This document shows, piece by piece, positions 37,682 through 49,215 of a DNA stretch of 64,000 nt. The position numbers were made by a program, and so were the translations under genes. Numbering within the stretch: position 1 is the stretch's first letter; each line of letters starts with the position of its first letter. This DNA is from Stylophora pistillata (Eukaryota). The DNA is taken from assembly GCF_002571385.2 (NCBI RefSeq), contig NW_019217806.1, positions 280,982 to 344,981 on the forward strand. The letters are read 5' to 3'. A model generated the notes under the pieces. That model was not told where the DNA came from. It did not search any database and saw only the letters and a program-made list of their open reading frames with translations.

Positions 37682-40600
37682 TATATATAGCTAGCTTGGC
37701 ATGCAGGCCCTTATCGCAAGTGTGGGAAGCGTAGCTCCCAGTTTTTTTATATGATTTTTATCTGTCTCAGCTGGTCCTAATCTCCATATCTCTGCCAAAC
37801 TCCAGCTGCAGGTGTAAACAAATAAATAAACAAAAAGTTCATCAAGACTCGTTGTTCAATGTGATTCTGGTTTTAGGTCTTTGTATGAAATGCTAATATG
37901 GGACTGAACTGTACTTTCATGTAGTACTGCAGTAAGTGTGATTCGGCTGCTTCTTGGGTCTTCGGATAAACCGCCAATTAGTAACCACTTAAATGTGAGC
38001 GGATTTATTTACATACGCTACTGTTTATCATACTGTGCAAGGCGGTTCAAACTCTTTTCTTGCCCATTGTATCCATGGGGAAGCCTTTGTCAGCTACCAT
38101 TTAGATTTGTAGATTTTGATGAGTATTCATTTAATGCCAGTTGAGCATTACTTCTTAGATCTATTCACTCATAAGTAACCTTACAATACCGATACATTTT
38201 TAAAACGAAAGTCGATGGGAGAAATGAGAATCGTCAACCAAGGATGTTTTTGACTGAAAGTGCTTAGAGCCAGTTTGACACGAAAAGCATGCCAGACAGA
38301 GCGAAAATTTATAGCTGGATCTTATGGATAAAAGGATTAAAGGAGATGCAAAATATAGATCAATTAAGCTAAAAAAAACTGTCTAGATCACAAGAATAAC
38401 CCAAAGAACAATGAAGCGAAATGTTAAGGGCCAAGGGTGGACAAGATTACTCTTCCCTTCAATGAAATCTGGTTTAAAATCTTAGTTCCAGGCTTACGTT
38501 CTCATTTCATCACTTATCACCGTAACGCACATCTCGAGGAAGGCACAAACAAAATAAATTTCATTTGGGTATTTTTATTTTTTGGGTCCTCTAAAATACC
38601 GCTTCTCAGGCCCCTGTGAGGTCTCATGTTATAAAAAGGGCAATAAAACAGATTTATATAACGTAGTCTTCAACTTGATAAGGCTTATACTTTGAAAAAT
38701 TTGTAAGCGTGCTTTCCACGCCGCATAGGATCCATTTCGGGGAAATCCCAAAATATTGGTTCAATAAGATGGAAAAACTGCTAAACACCTGAACTAACAT
38801 GTTTGAAGATTGATACTAATAACATCGATTTAAAATGATTTCATTATTAATTACTCTTTTAAGACACAAAATTTTGTCCTGTGGAGCACCTTTAACCCCA
38901 CTGTAATGTCAACTATGGCCTTTAAGAGTTGACGTCTTACACCGAGTATTTTGCGAGTTTTTGCTCTTGGCCTCTACGACTGATTTAGATTTTTCGCATT
39001 GAAAGGAAATTGCTTATACAAGAAATAAATAAATTATATTCCTCCTACAAGAAAGGCTCTTACTCATCAAAATTGTTTTATCACGATGGCCCCTATTTGT
39101 GATAAAATTGTAACTTAGTGTCAGCGGGGGGTTGTTGCTTCGAGGCTTCAGACGCACACACGAACGGTGGCTCTCACGCGATCTCATGGAAATATGAATT
39201 CAATATTACAGCTTACTTACACGCATAGTCCTCGATCTGCAAAAATGAGTTCCCATAGAATAATCTCCCGTAAACTAAAACGCCACAAAAGGCACCACTT
39301 TGAGTCGAATGGGAAGAGGAAAGAAAAGAAAATGAAAAACGAAAAATTAACAACTTACAACAACAACAGCACATGGATCAAGTGTCAATTCGCATATTTG
39401 GACTCAATGAAATAGCGATCTACGAATCATTCTCCGAGTATGACTCGACAAATAAGAGAGCTGACAATTTATATGTTTCTTTCTGCTTGAAGAGATAATC
39501 GATAAGATTTGTTCTCAGCACAAGTTTTAGTCTTTTAATCTTCTCAAAATGAAAAATATTGTTCCTTCGAAAATTAAAACAAAAACAAAACAGATATCGA
39601 TACACAAGAAATCGTCAACCCTTGCGATACACCTCCTGCAAAATTGTCAAGTCACACGATACATTTCTTCTTAACGACAATTCACTTTTTTCGAGAAGCG
39701 TAAATCCGGTTCTGTTATTTCCGCGATTTCTTAAGCCTTGCAACTGTTTGGGCCATAGCTCGCCATAAAATGATATGATTTGTTCGGTTATGGCTGGTTG
39801 AAATTATACCACTTAGAGGAATAAAAAGTATGAGTGAGTCAAAGGCGAGAAAAAGAACAAAAACAGTGAGGTACGAATCGGTGAATTAAAAGGACGACGA
39901 ATGAGTACGAATGAAGAAGAATTGGACAACTTCTTTAAATCTAAGTATTCAAGTGTTCATTGAGATAAATAATCTCGTCAGCAAACTAGCGCGACGGCAC
40001 GCAGAGCTTCGGTCCCGTTTTAGTGGAGATACGCGGGTTTCGTGATAAAATACCCTTATCTATGTTATAGTTATGTGTTTGGCAAATACTCTGTTTTTCA
40101 AACAGAATCTTCTCATTCTTGGGAAGTACGCAATTAATTGGATTTCATCAGCATGCATCATTCAGTTTGTCGTGATCACGAACAAATCAGTGGACGTTTA
40201 GCTCAAACTACATTAACTGACCCACGGTTTTGGTTGCAGACTCTTAAAAATAGAGCCCCAGAGAGACGACAGATAGTGTTTCTTTGTTACGTGGGGGCTA
40301 AATGAAGAAGAATTCAAACACCACTGCATCAAAAAGAGTCATTAAACTCTGTGGGGTTAATCTGCCCTGAAAAGCTTCAGTAGGTGACAATTCTAGAGGG
40401 TTCGGAACGAAAATGGGCCAGGGAAGGATCCATTAATACCTTGTAGGGTGAAAATTTTGGGGATGTTTGTTCTGCGGATTTTGCAAATTGTCCTCGGTCC
40501 TAAAAAAAGGATTCCCGCAGAAAAAAAAAAAGTCCCCAGGTTAAACACCGCAAAAATTTACATCTTCAATTAGGTAAAAATTTCTGACTGCGAATCAAAC

Positions 40601-43600
40601 GTTATTTTTTATTCTTTCTATTCGAAATCGCTCGAATATACATATTCGACTTTGTCTCTTTTCAATAGGTTGAACAGAATATTGTAAATATTACTTCAAA
40701 AGATCATAATTGAGAGATCTCGTACTGCAAAATTCTCTCCCGTCAGACACACAGAACTAACCGATCTGTTACGTTAAATTCTAATCCTGATGTTGCACGG
40801 CTGGAACACAAAAGTCGAACCAAAAATATCGATTCATTGCGTGACTAAAGCGCATATAGTCATCGCACTTTTTTCCATGAGTTGCCAAAAAAAGGTATGG
40901 CCTAAGTCATCCGGCCTAAACTGTTGCTTTGTAATATTCCGTCTGAAAGATAACACGATATATCGTGCAATGAGCTGTTGCATTCGAGACTTCCGGACCT
41001 GAATTTGAAGCGTGTGCGTGGTTTTTAAAATGAGACAAATAGGAAGATATCAGCTGTTTTGCCCACAGGGATGCACTTTGGACACAACTAATTAATTTGT
41101 AAGTTAAACCGTTTATTTTTAGAGGCGAAACAAAACAGAACAAAACATAACAAAACGAGTTTAAAATAGCTGCTTTCCGAAAGAAAGCTTACAAATCAAA
41201 CAGACACCTTATTTGAAAATCTGTTCATATTGTATTTGATTGTATTTAAAAGTCACCATTCGTTGTTGAATGAGACAAAGTAGTTTGTTTTAGGTCTGTA
41301 TCTCGCACGGAACAAAGAACTCTATCCTTTCTCAATTGAAACAGCTGCGAAAGTTGTCAAAACATTCTCCTAGGAGAGCAATAAACCTAATGGCTAATTT
41401 AATTGGACTTAAAACATTTCTTTGGCTGGTATTTAACATTATGTTTTTTTTTACTTGGAATGTCGAAACGTTTTCCTCAATTTCGCTCTTTCATGTTCAG
41501 TTCACGAAATGAATGCCGGAAATAGCCAAAAATTGGTGAATGTATTTTTTATTTGCAGTCAGTGTGAAAAACGTGGGCATCCATTGTGAATAAATAGACG
41601 TTACCCAAAGAAGATAATTGGGTTTTGGCGAGGGAAGTCGATTGTTGTAGATAGGACGTATTAGCGGTTTTAAAAGACACAAAAAGGTAAGTTGTTTGAC
41701 TCGCCTCTCTAAATATGAGTCTCTTGAAAGAAGATCGTCCGAGCGTTAAATCAGAATGCTAACATTCTTCTTTTTCCTTTCGGTCAGCTTTCTAATAGTT
41801 TTGGACACTTTTGAATACAGGCGGAGCAAAATATCTCAAATTTTACTGCATTCTATTGTATTTGAAATGCATTCCTAGTAACTTTACAATTTTTTCTAAT
41901 TATTTATATATCATCGTTTGTTAAAGCTGGTCGAGGAAGGGATTTTCTTGCGGTAAAATTTTAGTTTAATGCTGTTGTATGTTCGAATTGCCTACCCAAC
42001 GTTTAAACCCACCATACTCTTTTCGGTCTCCAGTCGTAAGATTATCTTAACTTAGGGCAAAACTTTTCAGTAAAGATATTACTTGGAAAAGATTCTAATA
42101 GAAATTTAACCTTATTGAAATCCGGGCTATCAGGGCTGTAGACGTATTCTACATTGCTCTCGGTCAGGAAACACTGCCTGAAAGGTTTCAAAAGATATCT
42201 TGAGGACTCGTTACTTTCTATACTGAGGCGTCTTTTAAAGTAATTGCTATGAGTCAGCAATATAATGAGCTCTGAACGAGAAGATATACGAAAGGTGACT
42301 TTTCGTTGACCATGAATTGTACAGGATAAAAAGCTTACCCAACTGAAATTGCCGACGAGAATGTGATAAGGAAAAACATTCAATGCGAAGAACAATATTT
42401 CCAGACACGTTTCAAAACTGTGTATTTCCAAGTTTCCCTAGAAGAAACAAGAACTTCGATTCGCCGAAAATGTTGCGTTTTCTGAAACCAGGAACCCTGA
42501 CGGCAAATCATTCGCGTTTCTACTTTGGACTCCAGGCATCTCTCCGCATGGTGTGCCGAAGGGATGATCTGGCGCAGTTAGTAAAAGTAAACTCAACAGG
42601 CCCCTCACGAAATTCTTAACGGAAATGATGGTTCGTCTTCAAATCTTATTGTCCTCTAAATATCCCCTTTACCTTGGCTATTATGACAACTGAATTTATA
42701 AAGATGGATTAATTTCCTCAGTAAAAATCGTTTATCTGAAAAGTACAAGGAGCAATGGATCACATTTTCCCTCCGGGCACTGTAGCGTTCTTATCCCACA
42801 CGGAATGTTGAGAGAACAAGAGAAAAACATGCAAATTACTCGCCTTACGGCTCGCCATTTGCAGTCTTTTTTTTTTTTTTTTCAGTTTTACAACTACGTT
42901 GTTGCAAACCGCTCAGCATCGGAAGATACATGTACAATTAATAAAAGAAACCTCTAAAAGGGACGTTTTGATAGCGTAAATCAAAATTTATTGTTCAATG
43001 CAATCTGTAAACCAGTCTGCAAAGTGAAAAAAAAACTCTTTAGTAAAACTGAAGCAATTGGCAAGTCGCTAGAGGGCCTAGACATCTTATCTTGGCTTTC
43101 CAGTCCATAAAACAAACTGCCACCTAACACCACCTCAAACGGATGTCGTTATTAAAGTAGCTCTTCCATATGATAGTAGGGACCAATAGCAGTTCATCTG
43201 GCGAAAGGAGTCTGCTTTTGCGATTTTACATCAAAATGGAAGCACATATGCAAAAGTCGATTACAAACTCAAGAGAGAAAATATAACAAGTCATTTTATA
43301 GCAAAATTGTTGGAAATTAAGATTAGCAGCTGCCATTTACTTTATCATAAAACTGAGTGAGGCAACTAAAAGTATTTTCAGGTATTAAGTCGAGGGAACG
43401 TCTGAAATGATAGGTTATAATTCACTCGTTTTATCCTTCATGTTTTTTAAATCGTATTATTGCGTGACTCCTGCTGCTTTCAATTTAATTTCAACCGCTG
43501 CATGTTCAAATAAAACACATTCTCAGTCTTAGTTGATTTTCTAACGTTTGGGAATTGAGCGTATGCCGGATAATTTTACCCATCACGAATCCATGTTGAC

Positions 43601-43966
43601 AATAATGATGCATACAATCAGTGACAACGAAACAAACATTAAACGAAGAAAAATACTACAACAAAGTTATGAATCGTGAACGGTGAGAGCCGACCGCAAA
43701 GAATACTCAGCGGTAGAAATCTTCCTAACGGAGAGCTATCATATTAATAACAAATCGTTTGTACTTTATTCTTGATAAGTTAAGTGATCGTGCTGATCAA
43801 TAACATTTCATTTCATTTCAATTTGGAATTCGCATTAGGCCTGTTTTTAAAGTTTTATTGGAAGTCGCTGGATGAATATAAATTGAGACGAATAAAAGAT
43901 GACGGTGACGAATAATGATGGCAATTCTAATGATCCTAACGTTTATTTTCCTTCAGAAATTTTGTC

Positions 43967-44224
43967 ATGCAGTCGTCCAGGCCTCTCTGCGTTTTCCTGC
44001 TCGTCTTTTTCCTCTGTAATTTAATTATGGCGATCAACTCCGAGGGCAAAACACCTTTTCGATTTCATCGTCGTTGGATTCCACGTAGAAATAAACACAA
44101 GAAGCCAGATGGTAAGACCAATGGGAAAAGATATGCATGGTCGCTGACAGAAGATACAAGGACTGAACCGACAGCATGGGATTCACCGAATGTAACAGAG
44201 ATATCAGAGATTGTTTTTATTTGA
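43967..44224 (+). CDS. Small secreted cationic peptide precursor B, 85 aa
   Basis: Acceptor ttttccttcag at 43956. Signal peptide MQSSRPLCVFLLVFFLCNLIMAINSEG, then KTPFRFHRRWIPRRNKHKKPDGKTN-GKR (amidation and dibasic site), then an acidic tail. Donor TG|GTGAGT at 44235, acceptor tttcacag at 45005, AATAAA at 45333. Confidence 0.8.
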   Translation: MQSSRPLCVFLLVFFLCNLIMAINSEGKTPFRFHRRWIPRRNKHKKPDGKTNGKRYAWSLTEDTRTEPTAWDSPNVTEISEIVFI

Positions 44225-44493
44225 AGAGATACTTGGTGAGTGGAAGCAACGTCTTTTCTGTGTGGGCGTGTATGTAATGCTGTTTGAACAAAAATCAGCG
44301 ACATTCGAGGAGCAAGCATGTGTGTCACTGATTTCTCAACTTAAGGGATGATGACTCCTTCTTGTTTAACCCTGGTTTGGACGTTGTCTGTTGTGATGTA
44401 TACATGAGGAGACAAACTGCAATCTATCTTCTCTTGACATAGAAAAACATCTTAAAGAGATTCTCTCAACACTCAACCGTTAATTTTTTTTCT

Positions 44494-44939
44494 AACTTTT
44501 TGACCCCTAAGAATCGCTAGCATCTAATATCTCCTTACAATATCACCCCTGAATCAAGCACTAAGATGACAAGAATGAAGGAAATGATAATCAACTAAAG
44601 AAACTCTTACGGTCTGATTATTTAAACAAGGCGTAGTGTTGTTTAACAAAACCACGTCCAAAACAATCCTTTAATTTAGCTGAAGCTTTTATCTAAACAT
44701 TTATTTTTGTGAATAGCGTCAAGAGAGCTGAAAACTAACAACGGAAAGGCATTTTTTTTAATTAAGTCAACCCTCTTATAGAGAAAGCCTTAGGCCCACT
44801 GATTGCGTAAAACCTTGGTTAAGGTTGGATCTTGTGTAAATAACCGGCCCATAGTTGTTGAGCAAATTCTCCTTGTCAACCCGTGAGGAAATGTATTAGT
44901 AAATAATATGCATATTGATGCTGAGGGTATCAAGGGTAA
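44494..44939. mobile_element. Decayed piggyBac-like MITE interrupted by a nested MITE
   Basis: Ends resemble (T)TAACCCTTT...AAGGGT(T)AA with a recognisable internal stretch (catctaatatctccttacaatatcacccctgaatcaa ... aaattctccttgtca). Confidence 0.55.
44610..44850. mobile_element. Nested MITE (Harbinger-like termini)
   Basis: Imperfect TIRs CGGTCTGATTATTTAAACAAG / CTTGTGTAAATAACCGGCCC. Confidence 0.6.
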
Positions 44940-45383
44940 GTCGATCTTTCGTGATTTCAAGCACAATCAACATCTAATACACTATATGTGTTTTGTATTT
45001 CACAGGATAATCAAGTTAAGTCTGCTCGGTGAGAATCAATGGACAGGAAAGACGACAAAACTATAGAATATGCTAAAACATAGGGATAGTAATTCATTTG
45101 CAAATTATGACCATTCTAATATGACTGTTCATTTTATGGAAAAACTAAATATATGTCGCTAAAACTTTACCACATAAAAAGAACAAGGCTGTTGATTTGT
45201 TATATTAAGTGAACAATAAGCATCGATAAGCTACAAATGCAATAGCTTTCGAGCATTTGACTGAAGTTTCATCATGGAATGATTGATAATTTCTTAAATG
45301 CGCAATAGAGAAAAGTATACATGAATGCTATAAATAAAAATTTAAGACTTTGGAAAAGTGAAGTTGGAATAACCAATTTATAA

Positions 45384-45818
45384 TGGTAATTGAACTGAGA
45401 AGAGTGCAATTTGGGCTGAAATCATACGCGCGTGATTTCAAAATCGAACGAGCGCGCAGCACAAGTTCGATTTGAAATCACGAGTATGATTTCAGACCAA
45501 ATTGCACGACACGAGGTTCAATTACCAATTTATTTCATCCATTTTGAAATCGCCCAAATACAGGACTTGGTCAATTCAAATATTTTATTGATGCAGTACT
45601 GAGCCAGTTTTTAAATAAAAAGCGGAACTGGAAACGCTTTTACATCTTATTTTGTATGCAAAACAGAAAGACTTTGACGTCATGTGTCATAAACTCAGTC
45701 ACAAGCATAAAATGATGCAATTTAGAGCAAAAACTGGTGCGATTTGTGAATAAATTGCACTAATTCGAGCCAATCAGATTACAGGGACCACCAGTGATTT
45801 CAAAATGGAAGTAATAAA
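45384..45818. mobile_element. Non-autonomous element with terminal hairpin plus inverted repeat
   Basis: Long hairpin 45384-45527 (TGGTAATTGAAC...GTTCAATTACCA), then IR tttatttcatccattttgaaatc ... gatttcaaaatggaagtaataaa. Confidence 0.75.
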
Positions 45819-46357
45819 TCACGAACCTTACCCTCAAGGGGATGAGAAATTTAGCGCGGGAAATTGCCGAAGGCCAAGATAAGTTGTTAAATAAGGCTTG
45901 GAATATAGATCTCAGATGTGTCGGAAAGAACCAACTGAAAGATAAACCATGAACAAATAGAAACCATTATCGAAGAAAAAACACAAAAACTCAACGATTA
46001 AAGTTTGAGCGACATGACAATATTTGAACTTCATATTTCGCCAATAAATATGAGGGCCCAGTTTTATAAATGATTTCCACTAAAATTCAAGTCCAGTGGC
46101 GATGAGAACGCTATAGGGAATCCGAAAAAAGGGGTGTACATGGCCGATCCTAATTCATCATTTTGTAATTTCAATTACTTTCGTTGAGTTAATTCATTCA
46201 TTTGCCGGACGTCAACCTGCCAACCAACGCGGCGAAGAAGGGAAGAATGTACAAAATGAGTTTTGCAGGTCCTACAAAGTCTTCTGAATCACCCGTGAAG
46301 AGAGGGAAAACCATCATACTTCTTCAGTAAAACACCGCAGAAAGTTAAGAACTCGTC

Positions 46358-46679
46358 TTATTATATGGCTGTCTCACGAGGACTGGGAACTACCGAATTC
46401 ACGAATTTGATTGGCTGAAATCAATATTGAATGCGGTCTAGATTTTCCCCATCTAGACCGGCATCTAGACCGGTCTAGAAAGAAAAGGTACAAAAAATAT
46501 AAAACATTGGCATATAAGACACAGCCATATAATAAACATCTTATTAACCGAGCTAGGTCGGTCTGTATGGGAGAATCCAAGTTGACCTCGGTCGCTGGTA
46601 CAAACCTCACTGCATTCGGTCTGTACTGGCGACCTCGGTCAAGATTCTCCCATACAGACCTCCCGCTCGGTTAATAAGA
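46358..46679. mobile_element. Non-autonomous element with inverted repeat plus terminal hairpin
   Basis: Perfect IR TTATTATATGGCTGT (46358) / ACAGCCATATAATAA (46521-46535), then hairpin TCTTATTAACCGAGC...GCTCGGTTAATAAGA (46539-46679). Confidence 0.8.
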
Positions 46680-48961
46680 ACTAAATATTCCTTGAACTCA
46701 TACGTATTACCGAAATAATAACACTTCGTCGGAGTTACATCAGAGCAGCAATTCACATTGATGAATTCCTTTACCATGACACAAGTTAGTTGAGGAACAG
46801 CGAATGCAGATCCCCGACAACATTCTGCTGACAGCAAACTATCTGATTGTAAGTTGTAAATCTTCAACGGGCCGGCAAAGATGACGAAAACTGAAATATT
46901 CTGAATGATGCACTTCGTAGTATTTGTACTTTCTATAACCAGAAAGTTTGGTCACGTTTGAAGCACCTTTCCAGTGAATGTATTGACTTCTATTCTTGAC
47001 TGAGGAATTCGACGAAATTTCCCTCGCTTGTTGTAATACAACCATATTGGAATATTTTCTACAACTGTAGAAATGTTATTTTTCCGAAAATAACATAATT
47101 TTCTCGACGAACGAATCGTAGGTTCGCTGGTTTGAGTTATGCAGTTTGACAGTGGGTTTGGAAAGATGAATGAATGACAATGCGCGCGCATTACCAGATG
47201 TTAAGTGACGTCTTCCGCTTGTAACTGTTTTTCTTTTCTTGGTTTTTAGGTCTTGTTTGCTTTTGCGTGTTAAATTAATTTTTTTTCACCGTTTAATAGC
47301 CACTTAATTAGAAACCAAGAGAATTTAACCTTGTTAGAAACTTAATCGGTGATATCCATAGCCGTTCGGTTGTTGTTGGTAATATAACCTCAAACCTTGC
47401 TCAGTAAGGACCTGTATAGGCTATAGAGTAGTTAAAGTTTGACTTCTGCAAAACCCGGATTAATCTTCTGCAAAACCCATTAATCTTGGGTGCTAACTGT
47501 ACCTTCAATATCAATTATGCCCCTTTTATCGACTCCAAAGATCCCTGGCACGGCAGTAGTATCAGGGAACTAACTGCATCCACCTTCGGTAGTGCTTGCC
47601 ATTATCTCTATGATCTTAATCTCCTAAAAAAAAAAGGGTTACAGTAAATTTTTTATTCCAAAATTGCGAATCTCTGTTCTTTTGTCACATCCTCATGAAA
47701 GATGTTTCGAAAGACGCGTGTTGTGACAGCTTCTAGGCCACTTCCTGTCCTGGCTCGTGCGCACGTTCTAACTTCGCTCTCGTTCAATCGCCGGTATCTA
47801 AAAACAAAAAGGCTTTTCTTTTAATTGTCAAATAGCTACAGATGCTTTTGTTTACTTAAGGTTTGCATGGACTCTGATCTCTAACCACGAGCTGTGTCAC
47901 ACCAAAGTGAGATGTGATATGACGAGTCTCTGCTCTGTATAAAACCGAAATGAGAGTGGGATCAGATCCCAGCGTTTTATGTACAAAGGTTGTGTTTCTA
48001 GATTATCAATCTAATCACAGCCATACCCATGATTGCCTGGGATAAATCTTGACAGCGAAAACATAAATGCAAACTCTTACGAAGAGAATCTACGGTAGGA
48101 GCAGTCTAAAAGTCGCAGCCAACGTTTTTTTTCATTCCATAAGAAGTGAATAACAAAGCTATCACTGAGAGAAAAGGAAATATTTGAGGAGCATTTGATA
48201 TGGTTGTGTACAGTAATTGTAATGTCGATTGATAAGTAAAGCCATTTAGTGACATGATGAAGTAATTAAGTCGGTGCGTAGGATTTAAGCAGATATTTCT
48301 GTAATTTAGCATCAGTATTCCGACGTTATTCTATCCTCAGGGAGTCCATTCAGCAAACAGAATCCCTCAATCCTGGCCTGAGAACGTTTTTGCGAGCTCA
48401 GTCGCCTATTCGCTGAGTAATGTCTCTTGTTCGAGACTCACCTGGAAGAAACGGGCATTTTGTTTCCCAAAAAAGAGAAGAAAACGGCTTCTCTCCAAAG
48501 GTATGTGCAAATACAACTGGTTTTACAGTCTGCACCGCTTTGCCGGGATAAACCTAAGTTTGATTTTACCAGATTAGGCTTTCCTGCGCTTTCCAAGTTA
48601 TTTTGCCATTTTCCCTGTCATAAGCTTGAAAATGCGTCGAGGAAATACGCGAACTAGCTCTTGCTGTTGAACTTTAGACTGTTCTTTGAGTCCAACTGTG
48701 GAAATCTTGACGACCAAGAACAGTGAAAGCACAGATCCTGACGCCATGTTTACATAGCGCTGTTCAAAATGCACGTTAGCTGATTTGCTACATGTTTATG
48801 AAAGAAGTCGATTAACTACTTCTCATCATGGAAAACGGTGAGAAAGGGAAATTTCAGTGAGTCGACAATGCATATCATCATTGAAATCGCTCTACCAACG
48901 TAATTTGTTGATTCACATCTACAGAAATAAAACAATTTCTCTGATAACTCTTTCTCTGATA

Positions 48962-49215
48962 ACTCTCAATGTACAGTCTGATTCAATTCGAGCTAAGGTT
49001 TTTAATTAGCTTCTTACTAGCACTTTCTTTGTAGTTTTATTGTTTGTTTACACCTGCAAAATTTTTTTATATTTCGTACGTGTATATATACATATATTTA
49101 CTGTATTTCATTCCATTCACTTGACAATGACCGAAGCACGGTCGAAACGTCGTGTTTTACCGTTCATTTTTATCGTCAAAACTCTTTCGACGAATTAAAA
49201 ATTAATTGTGCTAAC
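48962..49215 (+). mobile_element. 3' end of a Penelope-like element (ORF C-terminus and pseudo-LTR with variant hammerhead motif)
   Basis: 48962-49009 encodes TLNVQSDSIRAKVFN*, like the P-x-LN-x-Q end of PLE GIY-YIG ORFs. It is followed by CAC-TTGACAA-TGACCGAAGCACGGTC-GAAA-CGTC-GTG. Confidence 0.65.

Noticed and set aside
38740-38749. NF-kB-like site GGGAAATCCC between the peptide genes (also GGGAATTTCC at 62951)
   Set aside because: A few matches to GGGRNNYYCC are expected by chance in 64 kb, and these are not clustered at a promoter.
42042-42431. 129-aa minus-strand ORF and other 60-150-aa ORFs (for example 25021-25428, 50074-50436, 56976-57425)
   Set aside because: No recognisable domains, signal peptides or splice support. 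Consistent with random ORFs or antisense to real exons.
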